NCBI GenBank assembly: GCA_000934665.2
Contig: KZ538316.1
Coordinates: forward strand, 62,001 to 84,208
Source of the DNA: Catajapyx aquilonaris
Lineage: Eukaryota
Length of the DNA: 22,208 nt
Direction: 5' to 3'
Every line of letters begins with the position of its first letter. Position 1 is the first letter of the stretch. Under the pieces are notes generated by a model. That model ran no database searches. It saw nothing but the letters and a program-made list of their open reading frames with translations, and had not been told where the DNA came from. Made by a program: the position numbers and the translations under genes. Shown here in pieces: positions 1-9,233 of the stretch.

Positions 1-466
<466 letters not shown>

Positions 467-576
467 TAAGGGTGCAATCCCATCATACCTTCTTCAGCAA
501 CAATACCAGCTTGCAACTCTGGCAAATAACATTAATAAGTCACTTGTTATATTGCATAAATGCACTATCTTTTCAG

Positions 577-637
577 GGGCCACTGGGGTGGACCACAGGT
601 TATGCGGAAGATCATGCACCTAGGAATGGGAAAGTGA
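577..637 (+). CDS. SQOR: Sulfide:quinone oxidoreductase, last coding exon
   Basis: Acceptor TTTTCAG ends at 576; reads (T)GHWGGPQVMRKIMHLGMGK*, resembling the animal SQOR C-terminus (G.WGGP...RK..HLG). TGA at 635-637. Confidence 0.93.
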
Positions 638-671
638 CACAGAATGCACAAAACTATTTTCACACAATGGC

Positions 672-677
672 TTTATT
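672..677 (-). promoter_or_regulatory. Putative DPH5 polyadenylation signal AATAAA (minus strand)
   Basis: TTTATT on + about 90 nt downstream of the DPH5 stop. Confidence 0.55.
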
Positions 678-734
678 GCACAAAGAAAAACAAAGACGTT
701 GCGATTTGAACTTTATCAGGTGTGGCTGATTAAA

Positions 735-740
735 AATAAA
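735..740 (+). promoter_or_regulatory. Putative SQOR polyadenylation signal AATAAA
   Basis: First AATAAA downstream of the SQOR stop codon. Confidence 0.55.
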
Positions 741-766
741 GAGATGCATTTCATCAGCTTTTCACT

Positions 767-1122
767 TCACATGTAACTTTTAATCAATGAACGCGCAGAA
801 TCATTCAGCGCAAACTGTAAGATCAACTCGGCCTCAACCGGGTGCAGGTTCCCAACAACTACTAGTGAGTGCAGAGGTGGCCCCATGTCTATGTTCACCA
901 TGTCCCTTAGTTTTGCAGCTACAACCTTCTGGGTTGCTGTTCCGATACGGGCAGCAGCCACTACGAGGGAGTCGGGAGTCAGCCCCTGTTCTTCTTCCCC
1001 ACGTTCTCCTATGATTTCCATGAGTTGGGCAGCACCCTCCCCTGCGGTCATGAACCGTGGCTCCTGGTACTCGATCTTCTTTGACATCAAGCTTGCTAAC
1101 GTACGCTCCTTCACACGTATGT
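767..1122 (-). CDS. DPH5: Diphthine methyl ester synthase, exon 4 (last)
   Basis: Acceptor TTGATAG; reads (D)IRVKERTLASLMSKKIEYQEPRFMT...AARIG...DMGPPLHSLVVVGNLHPVE...KSYM*, with the DPH5 motifs DI.VKE, PRFM, ARIG and G.PLHS. TGA at 769-767. Confidence 0.95.
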
Positions 1123-1206
1123 CTATCAACATTAAAAAGCACATGCTGGTAAGCAGGCCTGATAATAATTTTGTTTAAAAAATTATTTGTGACACGTAGA
1201 ACCTAC

Positions 1207-1327
1207 CTACAAGGCACAACGTGTGTAACTGCCGGTCCAAGTTCCCCTGAATCTTATAGTAGAAGCTGTTTGGCTTCCAATCGTCAGTCCAGAAGGGGAT
1301 AGACACAGTCTCCCCAAAGGTGTAAAG
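1207..1327 (-). CDS. DPH5: Diphthine methyl ester synthase, exon 3
   Basis: Acceptor TTTACAG; reads LYTFGETVSIPFWTDDWKPNSFYYKIQGNLDRQLHTLCLV(D); donor GTAGGT. Not in the ORF track. Confidence 0.95.
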
Positions 1328-1584
1328 CTGTAAAGTATGCCACAATTATAGCTGGCCCAAGCTAAGTATGCACAGCTTTCTGGGTATTTGCAGCCTTCTT
1401 AGCATGGCCAAGTATGGAAAGGAGGAATAGAAAACCCAGAGAGAAGTGCAAACTCAGCTAGAGCCAACAATAACACAACTGAGCTACAAACTACAATTTA
1501 ACAATTTTACTGATATACAAAAATTCCAGGCTGACCCAGCCAATTTGGCCCTGCAGCCCCCAATTTTAACAATACTGTAGTTAA

Positions 1585-2649
1585 CCCTTTGTCTCCCACT
1601 TGATAATGCACTCTTTGGGTGGGGGTTTAAAAATTGAGCCCTAGGTTAAAATCAACGGATTGGCACCATTGGTTTCGCTCTCGATTCATGCACAAGAGGG
1701 AGCTGAAGCGTCTGAGACCTACAAATCCGAGTTTCATCTTGAGAGAGCCATGTACATAGGCACGCAAAAAGAATGTCCGGGGAGAGTCTTCGTTCAGCCT
1801 GGTGGAGGCAAACCATTGCACCTGGGTAGCTAAGGGAGGAGGGAAAAAGCTCAGCAGATAAGCACGGACGTACACACAAGTGTGTGTGTACACATCTGTG
1901 CAATGGTTTGCCTCCACCAGGCTGAACGAAGACTCTCCCCGGACATTCTTTTTGCGTCCGATAGTACCGCCTCATATGCTATGAATGAGAAGGTGATGTC
2001 ATCCTATTGCGACATCAACGAGGGTTTATTAAGGCGGCTTCTGCCCCTCGAAAAAATCCAAGATAATCCCATATGATTGCCCAGACTCGCTGATGAATGA
2101 TGAAAACATTAAGTGTCCGGCTAAAAAATTTTAAAGTTCCGGTTTAAACAGAGGTAATGAGAGTCAACAGGTGCAAATAAAAGGTGGCTCAGGTGGCAAG
2201 CAAGCACCACCTAGAGCTCGGAGCAGTCCCCCTGGCCAATTAGGAGAGAGGACACTTTTAACGACCATAATGGTGGCGGGGGAGTTTGCCTACCCTTCAC
2301 AGATCATTCTGGTTTTCCCCGCAGCGATAAGTAAGTTGCAGAATTTCGGAATTTTTAAATGGTTTTCAACTGCACGTCCACTTACCGGGAAATGTGCGGC
2401 AGGAGGCTATGTCTATTTAAATTCGTGCAGTACGTGTTTGTTTAATATGAATGAGATGTTTGGCCTATGACGCCATGCCATTAAAAATATCACGTGAGTG
2501 GCATAAATACTCATGCACATAGAAACTATCAACATTTCCTAAGGCTATGGTGAAAGAAATTTCTGTCGGGATTATACCAGTGATTTTTTTTAAATTATTT
2601 TGTTTGGTCGTATGATCATACAACCAACATGGACGCGGGAGACAAAGGG
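1585..2649. mobile_element. Non-autonomous piggyBac-type element in DPH5 intron 2
   Basis: TTAA|CCCTTTGTCTCCC ... GGGAGACAAAGGG|TTAA: perfect 13-bp TIRs, CCC/GGG termini and a TTAA target duplication. No transposase ORF. Confidence 0.85.
1762..1957. repeat. Perfect 60-bp inverted repeat with a 76-bp spacer
   Basis: 1762-1821 is the exact reverse complement of 1898-1957. Confidence 0.9.
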
Positions 2650-2674
2650 TTAATGGAGGCACTTCGTACTGTAC

Positions 2675-2908
2675 CTGCAGTCCTATACTGCTGATTGCGT
2701 TGATTATTGAAGCGTTATGGATGACCTTCATTGGTATTCCCATCTCATTTGCTTCGAGCACCAACTCATGGTGCGTCGTCGCTCCAAAGGGGTCTCCCAC
2801 AACAAGGAGACACACATCCAGCTCCTTCGCTTGTTCTAGCAACTTCTTGGAATTAATCTCGATGTCCTCTCTGTATGCTAGCTGAAGCTCCCGTCCGTAG
2901 AACTCCTC
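2675..2908 (-). CDS. DPH5: Diphthine methyl ester synthase, exon 2
   Basis: Acceptor TTTCAG; reads EEFYGRELQLAYREDIE...LLVVGDPFGATTHHELVL...IHNASIINAISSIGLQ; phase 0 at both ends. Confidence 0.95.
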
Positions 2909-3403
2909 CTGAAATTACATGAAAAGTTCTGTTGTACCTCGTCTTAATCATGGCTTAGAGATGGGCTCATGCATGCATCACTGTCCTTGTGGTTGAGATC
3001 CATCAATCAGTGTGGCCACACTCATCTTTGTCACTGCACACCCTACACTGATTGTAGATCCCAACCACTCCAGCCAAAAGCCAACAACAGCTGTGTCAAC
3101 CCACTTTTGACAACAGTGTCAGTTTTTGAATCTTAAGAGCAATGTAAATAATCCTCTTAAGATAACACCTGCGGGATGTACTGAAACAATCAATGCAGTT
3201 TGAGATCTGCTTGCCATATCTGCAGTAAATTCTTGGATGCACAAAATACCTTATCATTCACTGTCTGGTGATTTCAAAAAGGATGTCTCTGTTAGTTTCC
3301 AGAATTTCAATGTCATTTTGCAATCACATCTTTCTCCTACTGACTTGTGAGTGTATGATTACATCCCTTCAGTCTTGTTGTGGATGAAGAATAGAGAGCG
3401 GAT

Positions 3404-3898
3404 GTACTATATCGTCGCTGTTCTGACAAAACCTCGTAAGCGCCACAGGGCGCCAATTACGTTTTATGGCACATTCGAGAACAATCTGGCACCATTTACG
3501 TCCGGCGAAAATCTCGTAACCGTTGGCCCAATGGAAAAGCTCCATGCGGTCACATGACCAAAACGCATATCCGGGTGGAAGCCTTTCTGTGCGCAAAACC
3601 CAAGGCAAAACCACATAAGAAACAGTTCCGCCATGACAGCTGAGCACGTGGTAGGACCCTTGCATCAATCTTGGAGTGCAAGCTAGGAATAATGACTCAT
3701 AATTTATTACGACTGATGCCTTCGGAAAACGGTTTTTTGTGTCTCCTGTGAAATTTGTTTTTTGTCGCTTACGAGCTTTTGTCAGAACAGCGACGATATC
3801 ACTCAAAAACTTACATACGAATTTGCATTTGACTCCAGTGCAGCCTGCACTTGAATCAAATGCAAAATCGTCTCTTATGTTTTTGAGCGATATTGTAC
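3404..3898. mobile_element. About 100-bp palindromic MITE interrupted by a second element
   Basis: GTACTATAT[insert]CACTCAAAAA...GCATTTGACTCCAGTGCA..TGCACTTGAATCAAATGC...TTTTTGAGCGATATTGTAC; same family as the intact copy at 17769-17868. Confidence 0.8.
3413..3795. mobile_element. 383-bp MITE with 33-bp TIRs and ATAT target duplication (Sola1-like by TSD)
   Basis: TIR CGTCGCTGTTCTGACAAAA(C/G)CTCGTAAGCG(C/A)CA at both ends; ATAT at 3409-3412 and 3796-3799. Confidence 0.8.
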
Positions 3899-4208
3899 AA
3901 CTCTGTTGCAAAAGTTTTGGACTCCCTGCAAATTCCACAGAGGGAGTGATGAACAATCGAGGATATAAGAAGTAGGAGTGAAGTTGGTAATTGGAGCAGG
4001 ACAGAGTGAAGCATGGGCGGAATATATTTTTATTTGGATCTTTACTTGTGGAGATAATTACATATCAACTTGGCTTGCTCCAAAAGTATCAGTCACTGTG
4101 AGGTGCATGTCAAAAAAATTCGTGCGCTTCTCAATGTACCATCCTGTTTGTGGAATGCAACACAAAATTCCAGTTATATTGCATCAGACAGTCCAGTGGC
4201 TGGATATA

Positions 4209-5080
4209 CGAGGTAGGCCCCAAAGGTTTCCGACCTGGCTATGTTCCAGGGCTGATGGAAATAAAATGACAGTGTCATTTTTCAAAACAGTCTACTTGTG
4301 CATCAACGCACTTCTCATATGTCATAATTATCATTTCAATACCTCTGGGGGAAAAATAGTCCATAATTTTCTCTACAAAATGCCCACATACTGTCTCTTG
4401 CAACTCTTCATCACTTTTTAATCGTACCTTGAAGTTCCTTTTTGAGTTTGGATAACAAATAATAGTCACTAGGGGCCAATAGGGTGGGTGATCAAGCTCC
4501 TCGAAGCCACAGTTCCTCACAGCAGCCTTGGAAACATTGTCCTGTAACCTGGTGCCTTATCCTGAAGTTGGCGAACACCCCAACTCAGCTTCCCTCATCT
4601 CTTCTTCTTCATGGCATCATGAAACCTGTGCAGCAGGCCAGAGTATGACTCCCAGTAGACAATCGTGTTTTAATCCTTGAAGTCTATCAGTAAGATTCCA
4701 AAGAATCATCACCATGGTCTTTGTGGTCGACCAGGTCACTCGGACGCTTTCCACCCACCCTATGTCATTCCATTAATTCTCTTTTTGATAGAACATCATA
4801 GCACAGGACAATAGTTTCATCTCCTGTGATGATGGACTCCAGTACTTCTTACTGTTTGCCACGGCGAAGGTCCGAAAAGCTTCGCAACATGTTACGCGTT
4901 TTTGCTTTTGAATTGCGGAGACAAGTCGGGGCACCCATCTTGTGCTGACCTTTTTCATGTGAAGGTGTTCATGAAGAATGAGAGGGAACAGTGGTGTCTG
5001 AAAGCCCTAACCTAGCTAAGAGTTCCTCCACCTCCTAGGACCTGCTTGCAGCACCTACTCCTCCACAAGAAAGACGGTCT
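4209..5080 (-). pseudogene. Mariner transposase relic with right TIR
   Basis: Minus-strand fragments read HEHLHMKKVSTRWVPRL, ITGDETIVLCYD, AVRNCGFEELDHPPY, KSDEELQETV, GIE...YEKCVDAQVDCFEK* (mariner WVP, TGDET, HPPY motifs). TA|CGAGG mariner-like end at 4207-4213; 5' boundary uncertain. Confidence 0.88.
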
Positions 5081-5210
5081 CTCCTGTCAGCACCTCCATG
5101 GGCCGAAAGTCACATAGCTCACCTTCGTTGCTCTCTCAACCCAAACAAATCTGCTTAGCCCATTTCTTCGTGGTGGAATATGAAGAGGAAGCTTCACCAT
5201 CACCATCCAA

Positions 5211-5544
5211 GCCCACATGGCGCTGCGGTAACGTATGCACCCACGGATGAAGGTCCCGGGTTCGATCCCAGCCCGGGGACACCCCCTTGTTCTCGTGTAG
5301 AGTTGGGTTGTCTCTGGCTTCGTCTTGGGTGGAATTTCCGCTAGACATATCCACCCGGGGGAGTTCACAAATTATGTGCCATCTTGGAAACTTTGCACTG
5401 CACATTGCATATCCCCTCCTGTCATCCTGCCCTTGGGCCCGGGCGATTCAAATGAATAGGCACCAAAACGTAACACTGATCAATAAAAAATAAATAATGG
5501 TCAACGTGCTTGTACCCAAGGGGTCAGAAGCACTACCCACAATA

Positions 5545-5588
<44 letters not shown>
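5211..5588 (+). mobile_element. tRNA-derived SINE family A, copy 1, with (ATT)n tail
   Basis: A box TGGCGCTGCGG (5218); B box GGTTCGATCCC (5259-5269). The body aligns to 6364-6712; 3' GTGCT...AGCACTACC followed by (ATT)~14. Confidence 0.85.
5545..5588 (+). repeat. (ATT)n microsatellite (SINE tail)
   Basis: Directly visible trinucleotide run. Confidence 0.95.
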
Positions 5589-5589
5589 G

Positions 5590-6010
5590 GGTGACAGCTG
5601 AACACAAGTTATTCTAAGCACGGTGTAGAATTTCACCCTGACTGCTTGGCCCACATTGTTAAGTTCCCAGCCAGTTCAATAGTTTGGGAGTGTATTGGGA
5701 ACCAAGGGCCAGCCAAACTCTACTTTGTGTCAGGGACCATCAAAGCATACGCAGCCTTCATGGAGGAGAGGCTCCTCCCTTTAATTGGTACACTTCATCC
5801 AGAAGGCAAGCACATCTTTCAACAAGACGGTACATCCTGTCAAATGGCAAAAACTACAAAATGGTGGCTGGAGCAGCAAGTTCCTGTCCTGCTGAACAGG
5901 CCTCCAAACAGCCCCGACTTGAACCCAATCGCAATAACGTGTGGCAGATTATGAACAAGACACTGGGTCACCTACAGCCACACAACATGCAGGCATTAAA
6001 AATATGATTC
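5590..6010 (+). pseudogene. Tc1-family (DD34E) transposase catalytic-domain relic
   Basis: HPDCLAHIVKFPASSIVWECI...IFQQDGTSCQ...PPNSPDLNPI resembles Tc1 motifs (TVK..SVMVWGC; FQQDNA.CH; PP.SPDLNPIEN.W); frameshifted. Confidence 0.85.
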
Positions 6011-6363
6011 GGAGCTTCTGATGTCCATGCCTCCATACTGAACCAGTCATATCTTCTAAGGGGGTCACAACGTAGTTTTGAACAGACCCAGACGAACACT
6101 GTGACCGATACTTCTGAAGCAAGCCACTAAACTTATCTCGACGGTTAAAGATCCCATGCTTCTCTCTTTTGCTCCGTGAGGTGCCATGTCAACTCTACTT
6201 GCGCTTCTGTTATGCTCGATTTTTCATCACCTCTCAGTGGAATTTGCAGGGGGCTCAAAACCTTTGCAACAGTGTTGCATAAAACATAAATGTATACAGC
6301 AGCCAGTAGGAAAATACAAACGTGGAGAAATATTGCTGAAATATTGCAATATGCATGCCATGC

Positions 6364-6712
6364 GGGGAGGCGAAGTGGCGCTGCGGTAACGCATGCGCCC
6401 AAGGATGTTAAGGTCCCGGGTTCGATCCCAGCCCGGGGACACCCCCTTCATCTCATGCAGAGTTCTCTGGCTTCGTCTCGGGTGGTATTTCCAACAGACT
6501 AAACCACTCGGGAGAGTTCACTAAAAATGGCCACGTTTAAGACATTGCACTGCACCTTGCACATCCCCTCCTGTCATCCTGCCCGTGGGCCCGGGCGTTA
6601 CGTATAAAGGTTCCAATATATGGACGAGACATAAATAAAGGTCCGTGCTATATACCTCTGATGAGGTCAAGCACTACCTGGATTATTATATATTATAATT
6701 ATTATATTACTA
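6364..6712 (+). mobile_element. tRNA-derived SINE family A, copy 2
   Basis: GGGGAGGCGAAGTGGCGCTGCGGTAACG...AGGTCCCGGGTTCGATCCCAGCCCGGGGACACCCCCTT; shares the body and the AGCACTACC + ATT-rich tail with copy 1. Confidence 0.85.
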
Positions 6713-6716
6713 TATA

Positions 6717-7635
6717 CAGGGTTGGGCAAAATGTATGGCATGATTTGAATCACGTGGTACGGTGGTGCTGCTTGAGCATGCAGGGAATATTGGCATGTGC
6801 CGGAGTGGGGAAGGTTTGCCATTTGCAAAAATGGTGTCATGATCGTCAGAGCACTGTGCATTATTTGTGGAGACTTATTTTAAAATTAACAAGTTCCCCA
6901 TAGCTCTACGAAGGATATTTCTTAGCCATTTTGAACTGGGATATCAGGACGAAGTTATCAACAACCAGACAAACATAAGGTGGGTGAAGCAATTCCTGAA
7001 CACATCATCATGCCTGGACGAGAATAGCACTGTCCAAGGACTCAACGGACCCCCCAAAGGGTATTCAACGCACAACTCCGAATTCCTGGGCTATTGGCCG
7101 TTCCAACCGTCCAAAAAGGTTCTTCGGGCCACTCTGTCCCTTGCTTTCAATTGTTGCACAGCTGGATCTTGTAAGGATATAAGTGCAGGACATCATGGAT
7201 GATGTAGCACAGGGAGTGTGCCAACATTCATAGTGCCAAGGCGTGCCTAACTGCTGATCACTAAGGACTTCGGAGGAGCGCATTGTGGACATCTTGGGAG
7301 GGTCGGCTATGTCCTTGGATGTCCAGTGCTTTTTTGGTTTCTGATGCTGTGTCCCGGAACTGCTTCACACCCCTTATGATTGCCCGATGGTCGGGGACTT
7401 GGTTCTGACGTCCCAGCCCAAAATGGCGAAGAAAGTTCCTTTGCACAGCTCTGGTGGAGTCATTATTTTTAAAATAAATCTCCATGATGACTGCACGGTG
7501 CTTTGCAGACCAAGACACGATTTTTGCAAATGGCAAACCTTCCTTACTCCAGCACATGCCCATATCCCTTGCATGCTCAAACAGCACCACCGTACCACGT
7601 GATTCAAATCATGCCATACATTTTGCCCAACCCTG
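6717..7635. mobile_element. Long-TIR (about 290 bp) Tc1/mariner-superfamily foldback derivative
   Basis: TA|CAGGGTTGGGCAAAATGTATGG ... CCATACATTTTGCCCAACCCTG|TA; the outer 54 bp are identical. Both arms encode a transposase N-terminal HTH-like segment (WSAKHRAVIMEIYFKNNDSTRAVQRNFLRHF...IIRGVKQFRDT). Confidence 0.9.
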
Positions 7636-7701
7636 TATATGCATGCCATGCATTGCACTTTTGAAGTTTCATAATTCATAGCAGGTAACTCTTCGACTTA
7701 C

Positions 7702-7836
7702 CAGTTCCTCTTTTGTCACCGGAAGAATGGAGGTGAAAGACTCCAAGTACACCTTGTGTGCCTCCTTTACTATCTTCAAACCCTTGACGGTGATATCCGT
7801 GAGGTCTCCCAGCCCCAGACCAATCAGGTAAAACAT
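7702..7836 (-). CDS. DPH5: Diphthine methyl ester synthase, exon 1
   Basis: ATG at 7836; reads MFYLIGLGLGDLTDITVKGLKIVKEAHKVYLESFTSILPVTKEEL, a typical DPH5 N-terminus; donor GTAAGT at 7701. The spliced CDS is 846 nt = 281 aa + stop. Confidence 0.96.
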
Positions 7837-7869
7837 CTCGGCAACTCCTGAACTCAACACAGCAGAACA

Positions 7870-8205
7870 ACGGAAAAAGTGACGCTCCTTTTATGACTCG
7901 ATACTTCTCGACTTCCCGTCGCTGTCAGTCGCCGACTTGCGCCCGTCGGAACCTAGGTCGGAACGTGGGTCGCCGGTCGGAAGTTCGGAACCACCAAGAG
8001 ACCACGCCGGACGAAGCGGAAGTCTATAATTTGCAGTGTTCTCAGATGAAAACGGCATGCTGCATGAATGTAATTAAAATTTAAAAATTTTTAAACGCAA
8101 TATTTTTCACCACATTCTTAAATTCATATGTTATATCAAATAAATTAATAAATTAGTAATGTTGATCAATTTTCCGAATTATCCAAGGTTCCAAGATGGC
8201 TGCCC
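7870..8205. promoter_or_regulatory. Putative bidirectional promoter between DPH5 and MCEE
   Basis: Start codons are head-to-head and less than 500 bp apart. CpG-dense patch at about 7900-8025 with repeated TCGGAA/CGGAAGT (ETS-like) motifs; YY1-like CAAGATGGC at 8192-8200. Confidence 0.6.
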
Positions 8206-8304
8206 CCATTGGCTCCTTGAAGAAGTGGGTTTGGGGGTTATGAAGTTATGTAAGGTGTGATAGCGACTGGTTCTATTTCTCTGCAGATCTACGTGCCGTC
8301 AAAT

Positions 8305-8468
8305 ATGTGGCAGGGGGCAGTGAAAAGAACGCTGCTTTGTGCGGCAAGTATTGTGCGTCACAGGCAGCAGGATTTTAGTCAAGTTCCGTCGCACCTGTGG
8401 AAGCTGGGTAGGCTCAATCATGTGGCAATTGCAACACCAAATCTGGAACAGGCTGTGACTCTTTACAA
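8305..8468 (+). CDS. MCEE: Methylmalonyl-CoA epimerase, first confidently coding exon (mitochondrial presequence-like N-terminus)
   Basis: Reads MWQGAVKRTLLCAASIVRHR...LWKLGRLNHVAIATPNLEQAVTLY; WKLGRLNHVAIA is the MCEE signature. Donor GTATGC at 8469. The true start may lie upstream (see findings). Confidence 0.9.
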
Positions 8469-9043
8469 GTATGCACACGTTCCAAATGTGTCACAAAATA
8501 TGCTATGTATTGAAAGGAAATATCCGAGCAATTGCTGTTTGAATATCTAGTCCATAAGAGGAAATATCATGAGTACATTGCTAATTCCTCGGTCGATGTT
8601 TGTCAGAGACATGTAGCTTCTAGACTCATCCTTCGTTCATACACTTTAAGTACTTGCCCAACACCAATGAAGTTCACCTAGCACGAAAATCACCTGCAAG
8701 TCGATGTTACAAATACGAATTACTTGAGAATGAATCAGGGTTTAATCGCACAACTTATATGCTAATGAGCCACATGGAAGAGCCATGTTGGGGCAAGCTA
8801 TCAATGCATTTGTCAGTGGTACTAGAAGAATAGGACAGTATTTAGCGCGCCGGGAGCAATGGAGTTTGCCCAGAGCACTAAACGAACCGCAAAGTTCGCC
8901 CACTGTTAAATACAGACTGACGTGGTTGTGTCAGATGGAAAAAAGTGCAGGTCTCTTGCCCTGTATAGTATTTACACTGACTACCTGCTCGCCAGAAAAT
9001 TTTGTGCCCCAGAGAATGACGTTAATGCAATCTCACCTTTCAG

Positions 9044-9173
9044 GAATGTTCTTGGTGCCAAAGTGAGTGAAACTGTACCGTTGCCAGAGCATGGAGTCTA
9101 CACTGTATTTGTTGACTTGGGAAACACAAAGCTGGAACTTTTGCACCCGCTTGGAGAAAACAGCCCTATAGCA
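9044..9173 (+). CDS. MCEE: Methylmalonyl-CoA epimerase, middle exon
   Basis: Acceptor TTTCAG; reads (K)NVLGAKVSETVPLPEHGVYTVFVDLGNTKLELLHPLGENSPIA; donor GTAAGT at 9174. Confidence 0.96.
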
Positions 9174-9233
9174 GTAAGTTATTTACCTTCTTGCCAAGTT
9201 CTACATGTAAGTGATTTTTTCTCCCTCCCTTAG

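Larger units (their letters stand above)
3901..6274 (+). mobile_element. Decayed Tc1-like transposon hosting nested insertions
   Basis: Imperfect inverted repeats of about 70-85 bp at 3901-3985 and 6191-6274 (GTTGCAAA.GTTTTG...CCTGCAAATTCCAC.GAG..GTGATGAA.AATCGAG) enclose a Tc1 transposase relic. Confidence 0.72.

Noticed and set aside
3628..3639. CCGCCATGACAG shared with the Helitron interior (about 19149-19160)
   Set aside because: Only about 12 bp with no extended alignment; insufficient evidence of a relationship.
3369..3956. 195-aa minus-strand ORF, the longest in the track
   Set aside because: It runs across three unrelated non-coding TE pieces and has no recognisable motif; a chance ORF.
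5218..5280. tRNA gene calls for A/B-box segments (also 6376, 10972, 13510-13573, 21320-21365, 22040-22104)
   Set aside because: No complete cloverleaf or acceptor stem, and each continues into a shared repeat body; these are SINE heads.
5448..5654. Poly-Ile ORF; likewise the poly-G/E/K ORF at 17122-17499 and the SL/ER ORFs near 20650
   Set aside because: Translations of microsatellites.
7669..7860. ORF-track start (MLSSGVAE...) and read-through ends for DPH5, SQOR and MCEE ORFs
   Set aside because: Non-ATG starts and intronic extensions; splice-aware boundaries fit the conserved protein ends better.
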